Source of the DNA: Thermoproteota archaeon
GTDB lineage: Archaea; Asgardarchaeota; Jordiarchaeia; Jordiarchaeales; Freyrarchaeaceae
Direction: 5' to 3'
NCBI GenBank assembly: GCA_029258835.1
Contig: JAPDJY010000067.1
Location: forward strand, 1 to 25,048
Length of the DNA: 25,048 nt
In this document: piece by piece, positions 24,547 through 25,048 of the stretch
How the letters are laid out: each line of letters starts with the position of its first letter
Position numbering within the stretch: the first letter of the stretch is position 1
Notes under the pieces: model-generated
Told to the model about the DNA's origin: nothing
The model's input: only the letters and a program-made list of their open reading frames with translations
Database searches by the model: none
Program-made: the position numbers and the translations under genes

Positions 24547-25048
24547 ATGACCAGAATAGCGATCGTTGGGATAGGGCAAACTAAGTATGAAGATATCGAG
24601 AAGAAAAGACACCAACCCTACTATGACATGGTCTTCGAAGCTACAAGGAAAGCGCTGGATGATGCGGGAATAGAGAAGGGCGAGGTGGACACTGTTGTGG
24701 AGGCAGCGTACGACTTAATTGATGGGCGGACGATCTCCAACATGTACCTGTGCACTGCAGCGGCAGGATACCTTAAAGACGAGTCAAGGGTGGCTGAGGA
24801 TGGAACATTTGCCTTAGCCTACGCGTACATGAGAGTTGCATCAGGAGAGTTCGACGTAGCTGTAGTGGCAGCGCATGGAAACAGGGAGGGGCCAATGGAG
24901 CTTATCTCAAACTACATTTTCGATCCGTTCTTCTACAGACCTATAGCGGCAAACTATCTAGCTGGGCTAGCCATGCAGGCAACGAGGTACATGGCAAAGT
25001 ACGGTGTAGCAGAGGAGGAGGCAGCGCAAGTAGTGGTTAAGAACAGGG
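24547..25048 (+). CDS. Thiolase-fold (SCP-x/Ltp-type) protein lacking the N-terminal catalytic Cys; runs off the window end
   Basis: Not in the ORF track. My translation gives MTRIAIVGIGQTKY...MVFEATRKALDDAGI...DGRTISNMY...KDESRVAEDGTFALAYAYMRVASGEFDVAVVAAHG...AMQATRYMAKYG...VVVKNR. Confidence 0.85.
   Translation, partial: MTRIAIVGIGQTKYEDIEKKRHQPYYDMVFEATRKALDDAGIEKGEVDTVVEAAYDLIDGRTISNMYLCTAAAGYLKDESRVAEDGTFALAYAYMRVASGEFDVAVVAAHGNREGPMELISNYIFDPFFYRPIAANYLAGLAMQATRYMAKYGVAEEEAAQVVVKNR

Overview
This is an archaeal chromosomal window: genes have GGAGG/GGTG ribosome-binding sites, frequent GTG/TTG starts and TATA/BRE-like promoters. The gene content suggests a thermophilic heterotroph, possibly Asgard (Jordarchaeia/Freyarchaeia-like), but that taxonomy is only inferred. 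The core is an acyl/aryl-CoA and amino-acid catabolic neighbourhood: glutamate dehydrogenase, IorBA, two ADP-forming acyl-CoA synthetase alpha subunits, three PaaK-like AMP-forming ligases (one truncated and probably inactive), an SCP2 protein, a cysteine-less thiolase-fold protein, an LLM/F420 oxidoreductase, a lipoate ligase and a DHDPS-family aldolase. Mixed in are an AcuA-type lysine acetyltransferase, an AcuC-type deacetylase, a second GNAT, and a group II chaperonin paralog that has lost its ATPase motifs. Accessory DNA comprises an MntA-HepT toxin-antitoxin pair flanked by two attC-like repeats (an integron-like cassette with no integrase in the window), a second divergent MNT-HEPN pair, a decayed reductive-dehalogenase/QueG-like Fe-S gene next to a probable tnpB-derived mini-element and a further attC-like palindrome, and a doubly frameshifted V4R-like gene. 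No rRNA, tRNA or CRISPR array was seen.
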